Of a stretch of 37,247 nt of DNA, positions 17,971 through 27,538 are shown piece by piece. Position 1 is the first letter of the stretch. Each line of letters opens with the position of its first letter. The notes beneath the pieces are model-generated. The model was not told the DNA's origin, searched no databases, and saw only the letters and a program-made list of their open reading frames with translations. A program made the translations under genes and the position numbers. Source of the stretch: Rhodanobacteraceae bacterium (GTDB taxonomy: Bacteria > Pseudomonadota > Gammaproteobacteria > Xanthomonadales > Rhodanobacteraceae); contig DASSFA010000048.1 in assembly GCA_035694895.1 (NCBI GenBank), forward strand, positions 1 to 37,247, given 5' to 3'.

Positions 17971-19064
17971 ACGCCCAGGTTTCTTTCGCGGTTTCGCCAC
18001 GCATCGGCGCGGTGCTGCTTGGCACCGGCGCGGTCGGTCACGTGCTGTTGCAGCAGTTCGGCCCGGCCAGTCGCGCCGGCGTGGCGCTGGTGGGCGTGGC
18101 GAATTCTCGCGCGCAGGTTGTCGACCGGAATGGATTGAGCGTGGCGAATGCACGGATGCGGCTGGACTCACGCGGTGAACCGCGCGACGACGGGGCGTTG
18201 CTCGCAGCACTCGATGCGTTCCGGTGCGACCGGCGCGTGATCATCGATGCCACCGCTTCCGCCGAAGTGGCGGGCAGGCACGCCGAATGGTTGCTCGCAG
18301 GCTATGACGTGGTCACTGCCAACAAGCCGGCGGTCGGCGGAACGCTGGCCGCGTGGCAGGCAGTGCAGGACGCGGCGCGGGCAGGGGACAGCACGTACGG
18401 CGACTCGGCGACGGTTGGTGCCGGCCTGCCCGTGCTGTCGACGTTGCGGCGCCTGCGCGGCGCGGGCGATCGTCTGCTCGCGCTGGAGGGCGTGTTTTCC
18501 GGCTCGCTGTCGTGGCTGTTCAACCATTTCGACGGCACCCGCCCCTTCTCGGCATTGCTGGCCGAGGCGCGCGCATGGGGATACACCGAACCCGATCCGC
18601 GCGCGGACCTGTCGGGCGCCGACGTCGCGCGCAAGCTGCTCATTCTCGCCCGGTCCTCGGGTTATGCGCTGGACGAACACGAAGTCGAAATCGAAAACCT
18701 GGTTCCGCCTGAGCTGCGCGAGGTGGATGCAGAGACGTTCCGTTCGCGTGCGCGCGAGCTGGATGAGGCGTTGGCTGCGCGGCTGAACACGGCACGTGCA
18801 AGCGGCAAGGTGCTGCGCCATCTCGCGCGGCTTGACGCGCGCGGCAACGCACGCGTCGGACTGTGCGAAGTGGATGCTGCACATCCGACGGCACGGCTGA
18901 CCGGTTGCGACAACCTGTTCGCGCTCACCACCACGCGCTATCACGCCCAGCCGCTCGTGATCCAGGGTGCCGGCGCCGGGCCGGAAGTGACCGCGCAGGC
19001 CTTGCTGGCGGATGTGCTGGCGTTGCGCGAGCGCATTTCCGCACCGCTGGCGATGGCGGTGTAG
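17967..19064 (+). CDS. hom: homoserine dehydrogenase (stand-alone, ThrA/MetL C-terminal-domain type)
   Basis: GTGAVG NAD-binding loop. GVFSGSLSWLFN and GYTEPDPRADLSGADVARKLLILAR resemble the dehydrogenase domain of bifunctional aspartokinase-homoserine dehydrogenases. The ATG overlaps the metB stop (ATGA, 17967-17970). Confidence 0.85.
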   Translation: MNAQVSFAVSPRIGAVLLGTGAVGHVLLQQFGPASRAGVALVGVANSRAQVVDRNGLSVANARMRLDSRGEPRDDGALLAALDAFRCDRRVIIDATASAEVAGRHAEWLLAGYDVVTANKPAVGGTLAAWQAVQDAARAGDSTYGDSATVGAGLPVLSTLRRLRGAGDRLLALEGVFSGSLSWLFNHFDGTRPFSALLAEARAWGYTEPDPRADLSGADVARKLLILARSSGYALDEHEVEIENLVPPELREVDAETFRSRARELDEALAARLNTARASGKVLRHLARLDARGNARVGLCEVDAAHPTARLTGCDNLFALTTTRYHAQPLVIQGAGAGPEVTAQALLADVLALRERISAPLAMAV

Positions 19065-19085
19065 GAGTGCGCCTGCGCGCGCAGT
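19059..19085 (+). repeat. REP-like unit TGTAGGAGTGCGCCTGCGCGCG, copy 1
   Basis: A 23-nt string identical to the reverse complement of 30006-30028. It contains the hom stop codon (TAG, 19062-19064). Confidence 0.5.
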
Positions 19086-19175
19086 CGATCGTGCAGGCCG
19101 GATCAGGCCGTTTCAGGCGACGGATCCGGCGCTCCGCGCCTTTCTGCCCTACAGGTCCCGGTTCCTACGTTCGCA

Positions 19176-20792
19176 TCAATCCATCAGCATCGCCGAAGGA
19201 TCGGTGACCGCCTGCTCCACATCCGGCGTGCGCCAGCCGCAGGCCAGTCCCCAGGCGAAGAAGCCCAGCGCGACGATCGCGACGACCAGAAGATCCCAAC
19301 CGAACGGGATGTAGTTGTGCCCGCCGAATTTCTCGCTGCCGCCCCAGGACAGCGCCGCGATCGCCGGAAGGTAGAAGATCATCCAGGCCGCGCCGCGCAG
19401 CTGCGCAGCGATGTGCAGGCGGCCGCGCTTGAGCGTGTAGTACAGCCAGATCGGCAGTGCGACCACCATCAGCAGGATGATCTCGCCGGTGCGCGGCCAG
19501 CGCGCCCAGTACAACAGCTCCGTCGAGAACACGAACGCGCATGCAGCCACGATCATCAGCCCCGGCACGCGTAGCGGGCGATGCAGTTCGGGCGCGGTGC
19601 GCCGCAGTACCGACACGCTGACCGGTCCGGTGAGATAGGAAATGATCGTCGCCACCGAGATCACCTCGGCGAGCGTCGCCCAGCCGCGGAAGAAGAAGAG
19701 GAAGATGAAGGCGACGACGAGGTTCAGCCACATCGCCGGGCGCGGAATGCCCCAGCGCGGATGCACCTTGCCGAACACCGCGGGCAGCGTGCCGTTGCGC
19801 TCCATGCCGTAGATCATGCGCGCAGTGGTGGCGGTGTAGGTGGCGCCTGTGCCGCTCGGGCTGATGAATGCATCCGAGTACAGCAGCAAGGCGAGCCAGT
19901 TGAGATTCAACGCCAGCGCGAGCTCGGCGAACGGCGAGCTGTAGGCGAGCGATGCCCAGCCGCCTTGCGCCAGCTGCGCCGGATCCACCGCGCCGAGGAA
20001 GGCGATCTGCAGCAGCAGGTAGACGACCGTCGCCAGCAGGATCGAGCCGATCACCGCGAACGGCACGCTGCGGCCCGGATTGCGCGCCTCACCGGCGAGG
20101 TTCACCGGGCTCTGGAATCCGTTGAAGCTGAACACGATGCCGCTGATCGCCACCGCGGTCAGCACCGCGGACATGCTGATCGCGTGCGATCCGCCGTGCG
20201 CGCCGATGTGGAAGTTCTCCGGATGGAACGACGTGGCCATCAATGCGATCGCGGTCAGTGCCGGCACGATCAGCTTGTAGAACGTGATCGCCGTGTTGGC
20301 CTTGGCGAACAGCTTCACGCTCCAGAAGTTCAGCAGGAAATACACGACCACAAGCGCCGCGGAGATCGCCAGGCCCGTCGCGCTGAGTTCGCCGTGACCG
20401 CCCGGTGCGCGGTGGAAGAGGTCCTGCGCCCATGCCCACGGCCACGACGACATGTATTGCACGGACGCTTCCGCTTCCACCGGGATCACGGATGCGATCG
20501 CGATCCAGTTGGCCCAGGCCGCGATGAAGCCGACCAGCGTGCCGTGCGAATACTGGCCGTAGCGGACCATGCCGCCGGATTCGGGGAACATCGCGCCGAG
20601 CTCGGCATAGGTGACCGCGATGAACAGGATCACGACGGCGCCGATCACCCATGCCCAGATCGCGCCGGGCCCGGCGAGCTGCGCGGCGCGCCAGGCGCCG
20701 AACAGCCAGCCCGATCCGATGATCGAGCCCAGGCCGGTGAACATCAGCGCAATGGCACCGACGTGTCGGCGGATGGCGAATTCATTTGACAT
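19176..20792 (-). CDS. APC superfamily amino acid permease
   Basis: 538 aa with about 12 hydrophobic segments. The N-terminal signature GLGSIIGSGWLFG...YAELGAMFPESGG is typical of amino acid permeases. Confidence 0.9.
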   Translation of the reverse strand: MSNEFAIRRHVGAIALMFTGLGSIIGSGWLFGAWRAAQLAGPGAIWAWVIGAVVILFIAVTYAELGAMFPESGGMVRYGQYSHGTLVGFIAAWANWIAIASVIPVEAEASVQYMSSWPWAWAQDLFHRAPGGHGELSATGLAISAALVVVYFLLNFWSVKLFAKANTAITFYKLIVPALTAIALMATSFHPENFHIGAHGGSHAISMSAVLTAVAISGIVFSFNGFQSPVNLAGEARNPGRSVPFAVIGSILLATVVYLLLQIAFLGAVDPAQLAQGGWASLAYSSPFAELALALNLNWLALLLYSDAFISPSGTGATYTATTARMIYGMERNGTLPAVFGKVHPRWGIPRPAMWLNLVVAFIFLFFFRGWATLAEVISVATIISYLTGPVSVSVLRRTAPELHRPLRVPGLMIVAACAFVFSTELLYWARWPRTGEIILLMVVALPIWLYYTLKRGRLHIAAQLRGAAWMIFYLPAIAALSWGGSEKFGGHNYIPFGWDLLVVAIVALGFFAWGLACGWRTPDVEQAVTDPSAMLMD

Positions 20793-20880
20793 GGATGACT
20801 CCCCGTGCGTGAACCATCCATGGCGTAAACAGCCGCGGATGATGGCAGATTGCGCGGCGGGAGTCAGCGTGCCATTCGCT

Positions 20881-22215
20881 CTACACCGAGGCGAATGCTT
20901 CGCGCGTCAGGTTGATCGGCTCGCCCCTGGTGCACACCACGTCGTCCTCGATGCGGATGCCGCCGTAGGCGCGGAACGCGTCCACCTTCTTCCAGTTCAC
21001 GTCGCGTGCCGCCGGCTTGCCGCGCAGTTCTTGCAGCAGCATGTCGATGAAATACAGCCCCGGCTCGATCGTGGTGACCATGCCCGGTCGCAGTTCGCGG
21101 GTCAGGCGCAGGTAGGGATGGCCGTGCGGCCTGGCGATGCTGCCGCCGCGCTCGTCGCGCTGGAAGCCCGCGACATCGTGGACCTGGATGCCCAAGAGGT
21201 GGCCCAGGCCGTGCGGGAAGAACGTGCTGGAGATGCCGTTCGCCACCGCCGCTTCCGCGCTGCAGGTGATGAAGCCCTGCTCGTGCATGGCCTGCATCAG
21301 CACGTGGTGCGCGTGGATGTGCAGCTCGGGATAGCTCTGGCCGTCGCGCACCATGGCGCAGAAACCCTGTTGCCCGCGCTCCACTGCATCGATGAGCGCC
21401 TGGAATTCGCGAGCGTCCGGCGCGGCGTAAGTGCGCGTGATGTCCGAGTTGTAGCCGTGGAACTGCCCGCCGGCATCGATCAGGAACGAATGCGCATGCA
21501 CGGGCGGGTTGCGGTCGAAGTGCGTGTAGTGCAGCACCGCGCCGTGGCGGTCCAGCGCGATGATGTTGTCGTAGGGCAACTGGTGCTCGGCCAGGTGCGT
21601 TGCGGCGAGATAGGCGACGTGGATCTCGAATTCGGAGGCGCCGTTGCGGAATGCGGCTTCCGCCGCGGTGTGCCCGCGCGCGCCGATCTTGCTGGCGACG
21701 CGCAGCATGCTGAGTTCGTATTCGGTCTTGAACGAACGCTGCCAGTGCAGGTAGTCCATCAGGGCCTGCGGGTTGTCGGGCGCGTAGCCTTCCACCGCCG
21801 CGCTTGCGTCGCCGACGATCGCGCAACGCGCGGCATCCTTCGGCAGGTGCGTGCGCGCGTCTTCCGGGGTGCGGATGGTGACGATCTCGAAGTGCTCGAC
21901 CCAGTAACCGGCCGGCGCGGCCGGCACCACGTGCCAGTAATCGTGCGGTTGCAGGAAGACCAGCTTCGGTTTGGAACCCGGCGTGAAGACGATCCAGCTT
22001 CCCGGCGCATCCGTCAGGGGGAGCCAGTGCACGAAGTGCGGATTGGCCCGGAACGGGTAGTGCGTGTCGTCGAGGAAGCGTCCGACCGGGCGGCCGGCGG
22101 CGATCACCAGATGCTCGCGCTGTGCGAGCCCGAGCGCGGCTTCGGCGCGGCGCTTGAGCTCGGAAAGATGTGAAGGGTAGAGGCCTGCGAGGTTGTCTTG
22201 CGGCGCGGCGGTCAT
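20881..22215 (-). CDS. pepQ: Xaa-Pro dipeptidase (prolidase)
   Basis: 444 aa. M24B metal-ligand blocks (DAGGQFHGYNSDITRT, HGLGHLLGIQVHD, EPGLYF, GGIRIEDDV). Length matches E. coli PepQ. Confidence 0.9.
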   Translation of the reverse strand: MTAAPQDNLAGLYPSHLSELKRRAEAALGLAQREHLVIAAGRPVGRFLDDTHYPFRANPHFVHWLPLTDAPGSWIVFTPGSKPKLVFLQPHDYWHVVPAAPAGYWVEHFEIVTIRTPEDARTHLPKDAARCAIVGDASAAVEGYAPDNPQALMDYLHWQRSFKTEYELSMLRVASKIGARGHTAAEAAFRNGASEFEIHVAYLAATHLAEHQLPYDNIIALDRHGAVLHYTHFDRNPPVHAHSFLIDAGGQFHGYNSDITRTYAAPDAREFQALIDAVERGQQGFCAMVRDGQSYPELHIHAHHVLMQAMHEQGFITCSAEAAVANGISSTFFPHGLGHLLGIQVHDVAGFQRDERGGSIARPHGHPYLRLTRELRPGMVTTIEPGLYFIDMLLQELRGKPAARDVNWKKVDAFRAYGGIRIEDDVVCTRGEPINLTREAFASV

Positions 22216-22278
22216 GGCGGCAGCATCGATGCGGAAAACGTCATGGTGCCGCGTCGCGCGGCGCAGTGCAAAGCGCGC

Positions 22279-22623
22279 TCAGGCGTCCGATTCATCCAGC
22301 CATTCGTTCAGTGCCGCATGATCCGCTTCCGACAGCGCGATGATGCGTAGCCCGGCCCAATGCTGCCCGGGCACCGCGGCCGGTTCGCTCCACTGCTCGT
22401 GCACGCCGGCTTCCATCAGATGCATGCGGCCATCGCGGTCCGGCAACTGGAAGCGGACCTGGTACAGCGCGTCAGGCGTGAGCATGCGGCGGCCGATCAG
22501 CATCATGCCATTGCGCGAAAGGTTGCCGATGCGGCCCATGTTCTCGCCGGTCAATGCATCAGTGACCTCGATCGGGTCGAGCGCGGGCTTGCGCGTGGCA
22601 CGGCGTTGTTCCGGATCGTTCAT
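22279..22623 (-). CDS. single-domain PilZ protein (predicted c-di-GMP receptor), copy 1
   Basis: 114 aa. RxxxR (RRATR) and (D/N)xSxxG (NLSRNG) motifs with canonical spacing. The ATG overlaps the stop of the upstream large gene (ATGA at 22620-22623). The 317-aa track ORF is an out-of-context extension. Confidence 0.85.
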   Translation of the reverse strand: MNDPEQRRATRKPALDPIEVTDALTGENMGRIGNLSRNGMMLIGRRMLTPDALYQVRFQLPDRDGRMHLMEAGVHEQWSEPAAVPGQHWAGLRIIALSEADHAALNEWLDESDA

Positions 22624-24905
22624 TTCGTGAAGACCCCGCCTGGTTGGGGAGCACGGCCAACGAGTTCCCGGCCGAGGATGGCGGCGTTTGCCGTTTCCTG
22701 GCCCCTGCGGTCGGGAATGACGGCATGCGGACGGTGCAGGCCCGCGACCAGCGTATTCCAGGCGCGGTCCATCATCGATTCTGACTGCTGCGGCAGCAGT
22801 CGCGCCTGCCCGAGCACCATCAGGCGCGCCACCTGTTCCAGCCGGCGCTCCGGCGCGGCGACGCCGCGCGCGCTGACGAACAGGCAGCGGTTGGTGGCGA
22901 GCGTGTACCAGGCGAGCTTGCGTTGCACGCATTGGCCCTGCTGGTTGACGACGAACTCGAACCAGGTGCCGAACGGCAGCGAACGCAGCCGGGTCAAGGC
23001 GCGTTGTTCCTCCGCGCTGAGCGGCAGTTGCGGCGCATCGTGTTCGGCTTTCGGATCCTCGCTCTCGCCCAGGCGCTGGCGTGTCTTCAGGCGCACCGCC
23101 AGTTCGGTCTGGCTCGGCGCGCCCTGGCGTGCATCCGCCGCCGGCTGCAGATCCAGCACGCGCTGTGCAAGCTGCGACGCTTCCGGCCCCTGCAGCCCGA
23201 CCTGCGCCAGGCCGGCTTCGAGTTCCGCGCACAGCCGCGCGTTGTCGCGCTGTTCGGGCTCGCGCAGCAGCTCGTCTGCCGCGGCGAGGCGGCGATGGAA
23301 GGCCTCGCTATCCTCGCCGTGGCGCAGGATCGCCAGGGCCAGTGCATCGCACCAGGCCTGCTCCAGCAACGCCCGGATCAGCGGAGTGGTCTTGCGTCCG
23401 GCCAGGCGTTCGCCGATCGCGGCGGAAGCCCGCGCGCGCGCCTGCTCCAGCCGGTCGCGCCCTTGCGCGGCTTCCAGTTGGCGGCGCTCGGCGATTTCCG
23501 CGCGCCGGCGCAGTCCGCTGACGTGAGACTCCAGGTCGTCCACCAGCTTCTCGAGCAGCGACTGGTCGCCGGTGAATTCGTTCAGCACGCGATCCACCAC
23601 GCGTTGAAGCTTTTTGGCCAGCCCCTCGTCCACCTCGCCATCGCCCGCATCGAGCCACAGATTGGCGGTCTCGGCCACGGAGTTCAGCAGTCGTCGCGCG
23701 GGATGCGCGCGGCGGGTGAAGAAACTGCTGTCGGCCAGCGCCACCCGCAGCAGCGGAATCTGCAGGTGGGTCAGCATCCGCTGGGCGATGCCACCGCTGC
23801 GGGTTTCATCGAGCAGGCGGTCGAACAGCAGGGACACAAGCTCCAGCACGTCGCGATGTTCAGCCGCGAATTGCGGAACCTCTCCATCCGGGGCGAAGCG
23901 GTGCAATCCGGCGATGATGTCCTGACGCAGATCCTGGATGGTGCGCGGTACCTCGCGCCCGCCCAGATGCACCGGCGTCGATGCGCGGCCCTGCAAGGCG
24001 CCGAGGACCGACTGCAGGTCTTCGGTGGAGGCGATGTATCCGCCGCCGGTTCCTGCGGGGACCTGCGACGGGGTCGGGCGATGCTGGTCCAGCAGTTGGC
24101 GCAGCTTGCCGAGCGCTGCTTCCGCCGAGGCCGCCGTAGCGGCAGGCCTCGGCGCCGGAGCGGACCGGGCTCCGGCGCCGGGTCGCGCCGATTCCGCTTC
24201 GGTCCTCCTGGCTTTGGTTTCCTGGCTGCGCCGCGGCAGGAATGCGCGGAGATTGGGCAGGATGCCGCGTTGTGCGAGATGGTCGTTGAGGCCGCCATAA
24301 ATGGACTCGGCCGCCCCCATCACCCGGCGGTCGCAAAGCCGGTAAAACAATATCCGATGCTCGCGCGGCAGGCCCATGCACGATCCGATGTCGCGGAAGG
24401 CGTGGGCCAGCGCGTGCGGACCCAGCGGCAGCGCCTCCGCGTCCAGCAACGGCGAGGCGATCAGCACGCCATAGCGGTGGCCCAGTTCGAACAGGATCGG
24501 GTTGACGCGCAGTTCGGTGCGGGTGGCGATGTCATCCAGCGCCACCGCTTCGTCGAACTCATCATGGTCCACCAGCGTCAGATCGAAGCGCGTGCGGGGC
24601 GCGGCGATGCTGCGCAGGCCGAGCGCGGCTAGCCGTCGCTCGAGCGAGATCAGCAGTTGCGGCGCGGCATCGGCGCGATTGCGCTTGATCTCGCGCAGGC
24701 TTTCGAACGCGGTCTGCTGTTCGGCGTTGTTGCGCGACTGTTCGGCCAGCTTGAACAACTGCTGCTCGAACTCGGTCAGGCCGGCGCGCAGCAGGGGTTC
24801 CACGCGCGCACCGCACTCGGCGAGCTGCTCTTCCAGCAGCGTGCGCACGCGTGGCGGCAGCTCGATGCGCTCGGCCAGCTTCTGCGGTAAGCGTTCGGTT
24901 TTCAT
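22620..24905 (-). CDS. DUF1631-like large helical protein, copy 1
   Basis: 761 aa. The N-terminal pattern LP.RVR.LL...L......LFKLAEQSRNNAEQQTAFESLREIKRNR and the C-terminal LPFGTWFEF....G..VQRKLAWY......LFVSARG fit my memory of the DUF1631 family. Not verified by HMM. Confidence 0.7.
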   Translation of the reverse strand: MKTERLPQKLAERIELPPRVRTLLEEQLAECGARVEPLLRAGLTEFEQQLFKLAEQSRNNAEQQTAFESLREIKRNRADAAPQLLISLERRLAALGLRSIAAPRTRFDLTLVDHDEFDEAVALDDIATRTELRVNPILFELGHRYGVLIASPLLDAEALPLGPHALAHAFRDIGSCMGLPREHRILFYRLCDRRVMGAAESIYGGLNDHLAQRGILPNLRAFLPRRSQETKARRTEAESARPGAGARSAPAPRPAATAASAEAALGKLRQLLDQHRPTPSQVPAGTGGGYIASTEDLQSVLGALQGRASTPVHLGGREVPRTIQDLRQDIIAGLHRFAPDGEVPQFAAEHRDVLELVSLLFDRLLDETRSGGIAQRMLTHLQIPLLRVALADSSFFTRRAHPARRLLNSVAETANLWLDAGDGEVDEGLAKKLQRVVDRVLNEFTGDQSLLEKLVDDLESHVSGLRRRAEIAERRQLEAAQGRDRLEQARARASAAIGERLAGRKTTPLIRALLEQAWCDALALAILRHGEDSEAFHRRLAAADELLREPEQRDNARLCAELEAGLAQVGLQGPEASQLAQRVLDLQPAADARQGAPSQTELAVRLKTRQRLGESEDPKAEHDAPQLPLSAEEQRALTRLRSLPFGTWFEFVVNQQGQCVQRKLAWYTLATNRCLFVSARGVAAPERRLEQVARLMVLGQARLLPQQSESMMDRAWNTLVAGLHRPHAVIPDRRGQETANAAILGRELVGRAPQPGGVFTK

Positions 24906-24986
24906 GCAGCCCCCTGACGGATCCGCGCAGGGCCCGAATCCGCAGTGTCATTCTAAGCCCGTGCGCAGGCCGCGCGCGACTTCGGG

Positions 24987-25343
24987 CTAGAGGATCTTCA
25001 GGGCATCGCCATCGCCCAGCCAGGCGTTCAGCGCGGCGGCATCGTCGTCTGAAAGCGAGACGATGCGCAGGCCGGTCCAGTATTGCCCGGGTACCGCGGC
25101 GGGTTCGCCCCACATCTCGTGCAGGCCGGCCTCGATGACGCAGGACGCGCCTTGCGGGTCGGGCAGCTGGAAGCGGGTCTGGTACAGAGCGCCGTCCCCG
25201 AGTTTGCGGCGGCCGATCAACATCATTCCGTCGCGCGACAGATTGCCTATCCGGCCCAGGCTTTCGCCGCTCAAGGCATCCATCACCTCGATCGGTTCGG
25301 AAACGCGCTTGCGCCTGGCGCGACGTTGCTCGGGTGCGTTCAT
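24987..25343 (-). CDS. single-domain PilZ protein (predicted c-di-GMP receptor), copy 2
   Basis: 118 aa with RRARR and NLSRDG motifs. 77 of 114 positions are identical to copy 1 in an ungapped manual alignment. ATGA overlap with the upstream large gene (25340-25343). Confidence 0.85.
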   Translation of the reverse strand: MNAPEQRRARRKRVSEPIEVMDALSGESLGRIGNLSRDGMMLIGRRKLGDGALYQTRFQLPDPQGASCVIEAGLHEMWGEPAAVPGQYWTGLRIVSLSDDDAAALNAWLGDGDALKIL

Positions 25344-27496
25344 GCCCGCTCGACCTCGGCTTTGCCGAACTGCCGCAGGCTGGCGACGGTCAGATGCCAG
25401 GCGCGGTCAATCATGGATGCTTCCTGATGCGGCAACAGACGCGCACGTCCGGCCGCCATCTGCCGCGCCAGCTGGTCGAGCGTGCGTTCCCCCGTGGCCG
25501 CACCGCGCGGGTTGACCATCACGCATTGCCCGCTCTCGCCGTGCCAGATCAGCTTGCGCCGCACGCGCAGCCCCTGATCGGTGGTGCATTCGAACCATGT
25601 GTTGAACGGCAGTGCCCGCAATCGGCCGAGATTGCGCTGCTCCTCGTCGGTGAGTGGCGATGCGACGCGGCCGGTGCCGTCCTGATCGCCCAGACGCTGG
25701 CGGCCTTTCAGCTTCACCAGCAGTTCGGTCTGGGTCGCCTGCTCCCCGGCGCCGGGCGCCTCCCGATCCAGCACCCGATGCGCAAGCTGGCTGGCCTCTT
25801 CGGCGTGCAGGCCGACTTGCAGCAGGCCCTGCTCCAGTTCGCCGAGTAGACGCGCCTCCTCGCGCTCGCCGCGTTCGCCCACCAGTTCGGTGGCGATGCC
25901 GAGGGTGCGCGTGAACGCCTCGCTGCCTTCGCCGTGGCGCAGGATCGCCAGCGCCAGCGCATCGGTCCACGCCTGTTCCAGCAGCGCGCGGATCAAGCCG
26001 GCGGGCTTGCGTTCGGCGACCAGGTTTCCGATCGCGGCGGCAGCCTGGGCCCGCGCCAATTCCAGTTTCTCCCTTCCCTGCGCCGCATCGCACTGCCGGC
26101 GTTCGGCCACCTCGGCGCGTCGGCGCAGGGCGTTGACATGGCTTTCCAGTTCGGTCGCCTGTTGTTCGAACAACGCGGGATCGCCGTTGAAATTGGCCAG
26201 CGTGTATTCCACGGTCTGGCGCAGCTTGTCGAGCAACGCGTTGTCCGGCTCACCCTCGCTGCCGTCGATCCATAGATCGGCGGTTTCGGCCACGGCGTTG
26301 AGCAGGCGCCGCGCCGGGTGCGTACCGCGCTGAAAGATACTGCTGTCCGCGAGGGCCGTGCGCAGCCATGGGACCTGCAGACGCGACAGCAGGCGTTGCG
26401 CGGCACCGCCGCCGCGGGTGTCGTCGATCAGCCGTTCGAACCACAGCGACACCAGGTCGAATACATCGCGTTGCTCGATCGCCAGCCGCATGCTCGTCGC
26501 GTTTGGCGTCAGGCGGCGCAATTCCAGGAGCAAATCCTGATGCAGATTCCGCATCGAATTCTGCACGCCGCGTGCGTCCGGCGGCGCGGCCGTCTGAGCC
26601 CGCTGCTGCAAGGCCGCGAGCGCGGCCTGTACCGATTCCGCCGATGCGGACTGCGCATCGACAGGTTCGGTTCCTTCGAGCTTCAACAGCTCCCGTCTCC
26701 GCGCCAGCAGGCTCCGCAGCGGCGTAAGAGCCTCCTCTCCGGCAGCAGCTTCGCCCGCCTTGCCCGGACCGGCGGATCTGTCCGGCCCGCGCCGCGTGCG
26801 CGGCGCATTCCCGCGGCGCGGCAGATACGGGCGCAGCGACGAAAAAATACCCTGCGCGATCAGGCGCTGGTTCAGCATCGCATAGGCATCGTCCACTGCG
26901 CCCAGCAGCGGCGCATCCAGCAGCCGGTACCAGGAAATGCGGTGCTCCCGCTCAAGCCCGGCTTCGCGCGCGATCTCGCCCAGGCCGCGCAGCAGCGCGC
27001 GCGGGCCCAGCGCCAGTTCCTCGGCTTCGAACGGCGATCGTGCCGCGAGCGCGCCATACCGGTAACCCAGCTCGAACAGCTGGCGCGCCGCGCGGATTTC
27101 CGCGCGCGTGGCGATGTCGTCCAGCAGGACTGTCTCCTCGAACTCGTTGTCGTCGATCAGGCTGAGGCCACCCTCCAGCGATCCTGCATGCCAGGCCGCG
27201 GTTGCGGTCCGATCGAATGCGGCCAGCTTGCGTTCGAAGGTCCACCGGAACACCTGCATGATCTCGGTGTCCAGCTGCTTGGCTTTCTGCATGGCGGAGA
27301 GCGTGGCCTGCTCTTCCGCGCCGCTGCGCGGGCGCGATTCGCTCCGCTTTGCGAGCTGATGCCGGAATGCCAGCAGGCTGCCATGCAGCAGGGGTTCCAC
27401 TTGGACGCCCAGTTCCGCCAACTGCCCAGCCAGCAACTCGCGCACGCGCGCCGGCAGATCGGTGCGCGCGGCGATGCTGGAAGGCGTTTCGGGCAT
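25340..27496 (-). CDS. DUF1631-like large helical protein, copy 2
   Basis: Paralog of 22620..24905 with the same N- and C-terminal patterns (LPARVRELLAGQLAE...; LPFNTWFECTTDQGLRVRRKLIWHG....VMVNPRG) but much more diverged. I prefer the ATG at 27496; the track uses GTG at 27511. Confidence 0.7.
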   Translation of the reverse strand: MPETPSSIAARTDLPARVRELLAGQLAELGVQVEPLLHGSLLAFRHQLAKRSESRPRSGAEEQATLSAMQKAKQLDTEIMQVFRWTFERKLAAFDRTATAAWHAGSLEGGLSLIDDNEFEETVLLDDIATRAEIRAARQLFELGYRYGALAARSPFEAEELALGPRALLRGLGEIAREAGLEREHRISWYRLLDAPLLGAVDDAYAMLNQRLIAQGIFSSLRPYLPRRGNAPRTRRGPDRSAGPGKAGEAAAGEEALTPLRSLLARRRELLKLEGTEPVDAQSASAESVQAALAALQQRAQTAAPPDARGVQNSMRNLHQDLLLELRRLTPNATSMRLAIEQRDVFDLVSLWFERLIDDTRGGGAAQRLLSRLQVPWLRTALADSSIFQRGTHPARRLLNAVAETADLWIDGSEGEPDNALLDKLRQTVEYTLANFNGDPALFEQQATELESHVNALRRRAEVAERRQCDAAQGREKLELARAQAAAAIGNLVAERKPAGLIRALLEQAWTDALALAILRHGEGSEAFTRTLGIATELVGERGEREEARLLGELEQGLLQVGLHAEEASQLAHRVLDREAPGAGEQATQTELLVKLKGRQRLGDQDGTGRVASPLTDEEQRNLGRLRALPFNTWFECTTDQGLRVRRKLIWHGESGQCVMVNPRGAATGERTLDQLARQMAAGRARLLPHQEASMIDRAWHLTVASLRQFGKAEVERA

Positions 27497-27538
27497 TGCG
27501 GTTCCCGGCACGGCGGACGTGCGGTGATTCTAGTCCAG

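Noticed and set aside
16639-18210. 523-aa minus-strand ORF
   Set aside because: Antisense to metB and hom, R/A/P-rich, with no motifs.
22624-23232. Upstream 203 codons of the 317-aa ORF 22279..23232
   Set aside because: They overlap the 3' end of DUF1631-like copy 1 in another frame and are Ala/Arg/Gly-rich. The PilZ domain starts at the ATG at 22623, which forms an ATGA junction exactly as in the paralogous pair.
20611-24632. Plus-strand ORFs 20611..22173 (520 aa) and 22923..24632 (569 aa)
   Set aside because: Antisense to pepQ and to DUF1631-like copy 1, with typical GC-shadow composition.
27512-27538. Idea that btuB and the downstream DUF1631-like/PilZ genes form one B12-regulated operon
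   Set aside because: The gap is only 27 bp and I see no convincing terminator. However, there is no positive evidence of co-transcription and no functional logic. I cannot support the idea from sequence alone; RNA-seq would decide.
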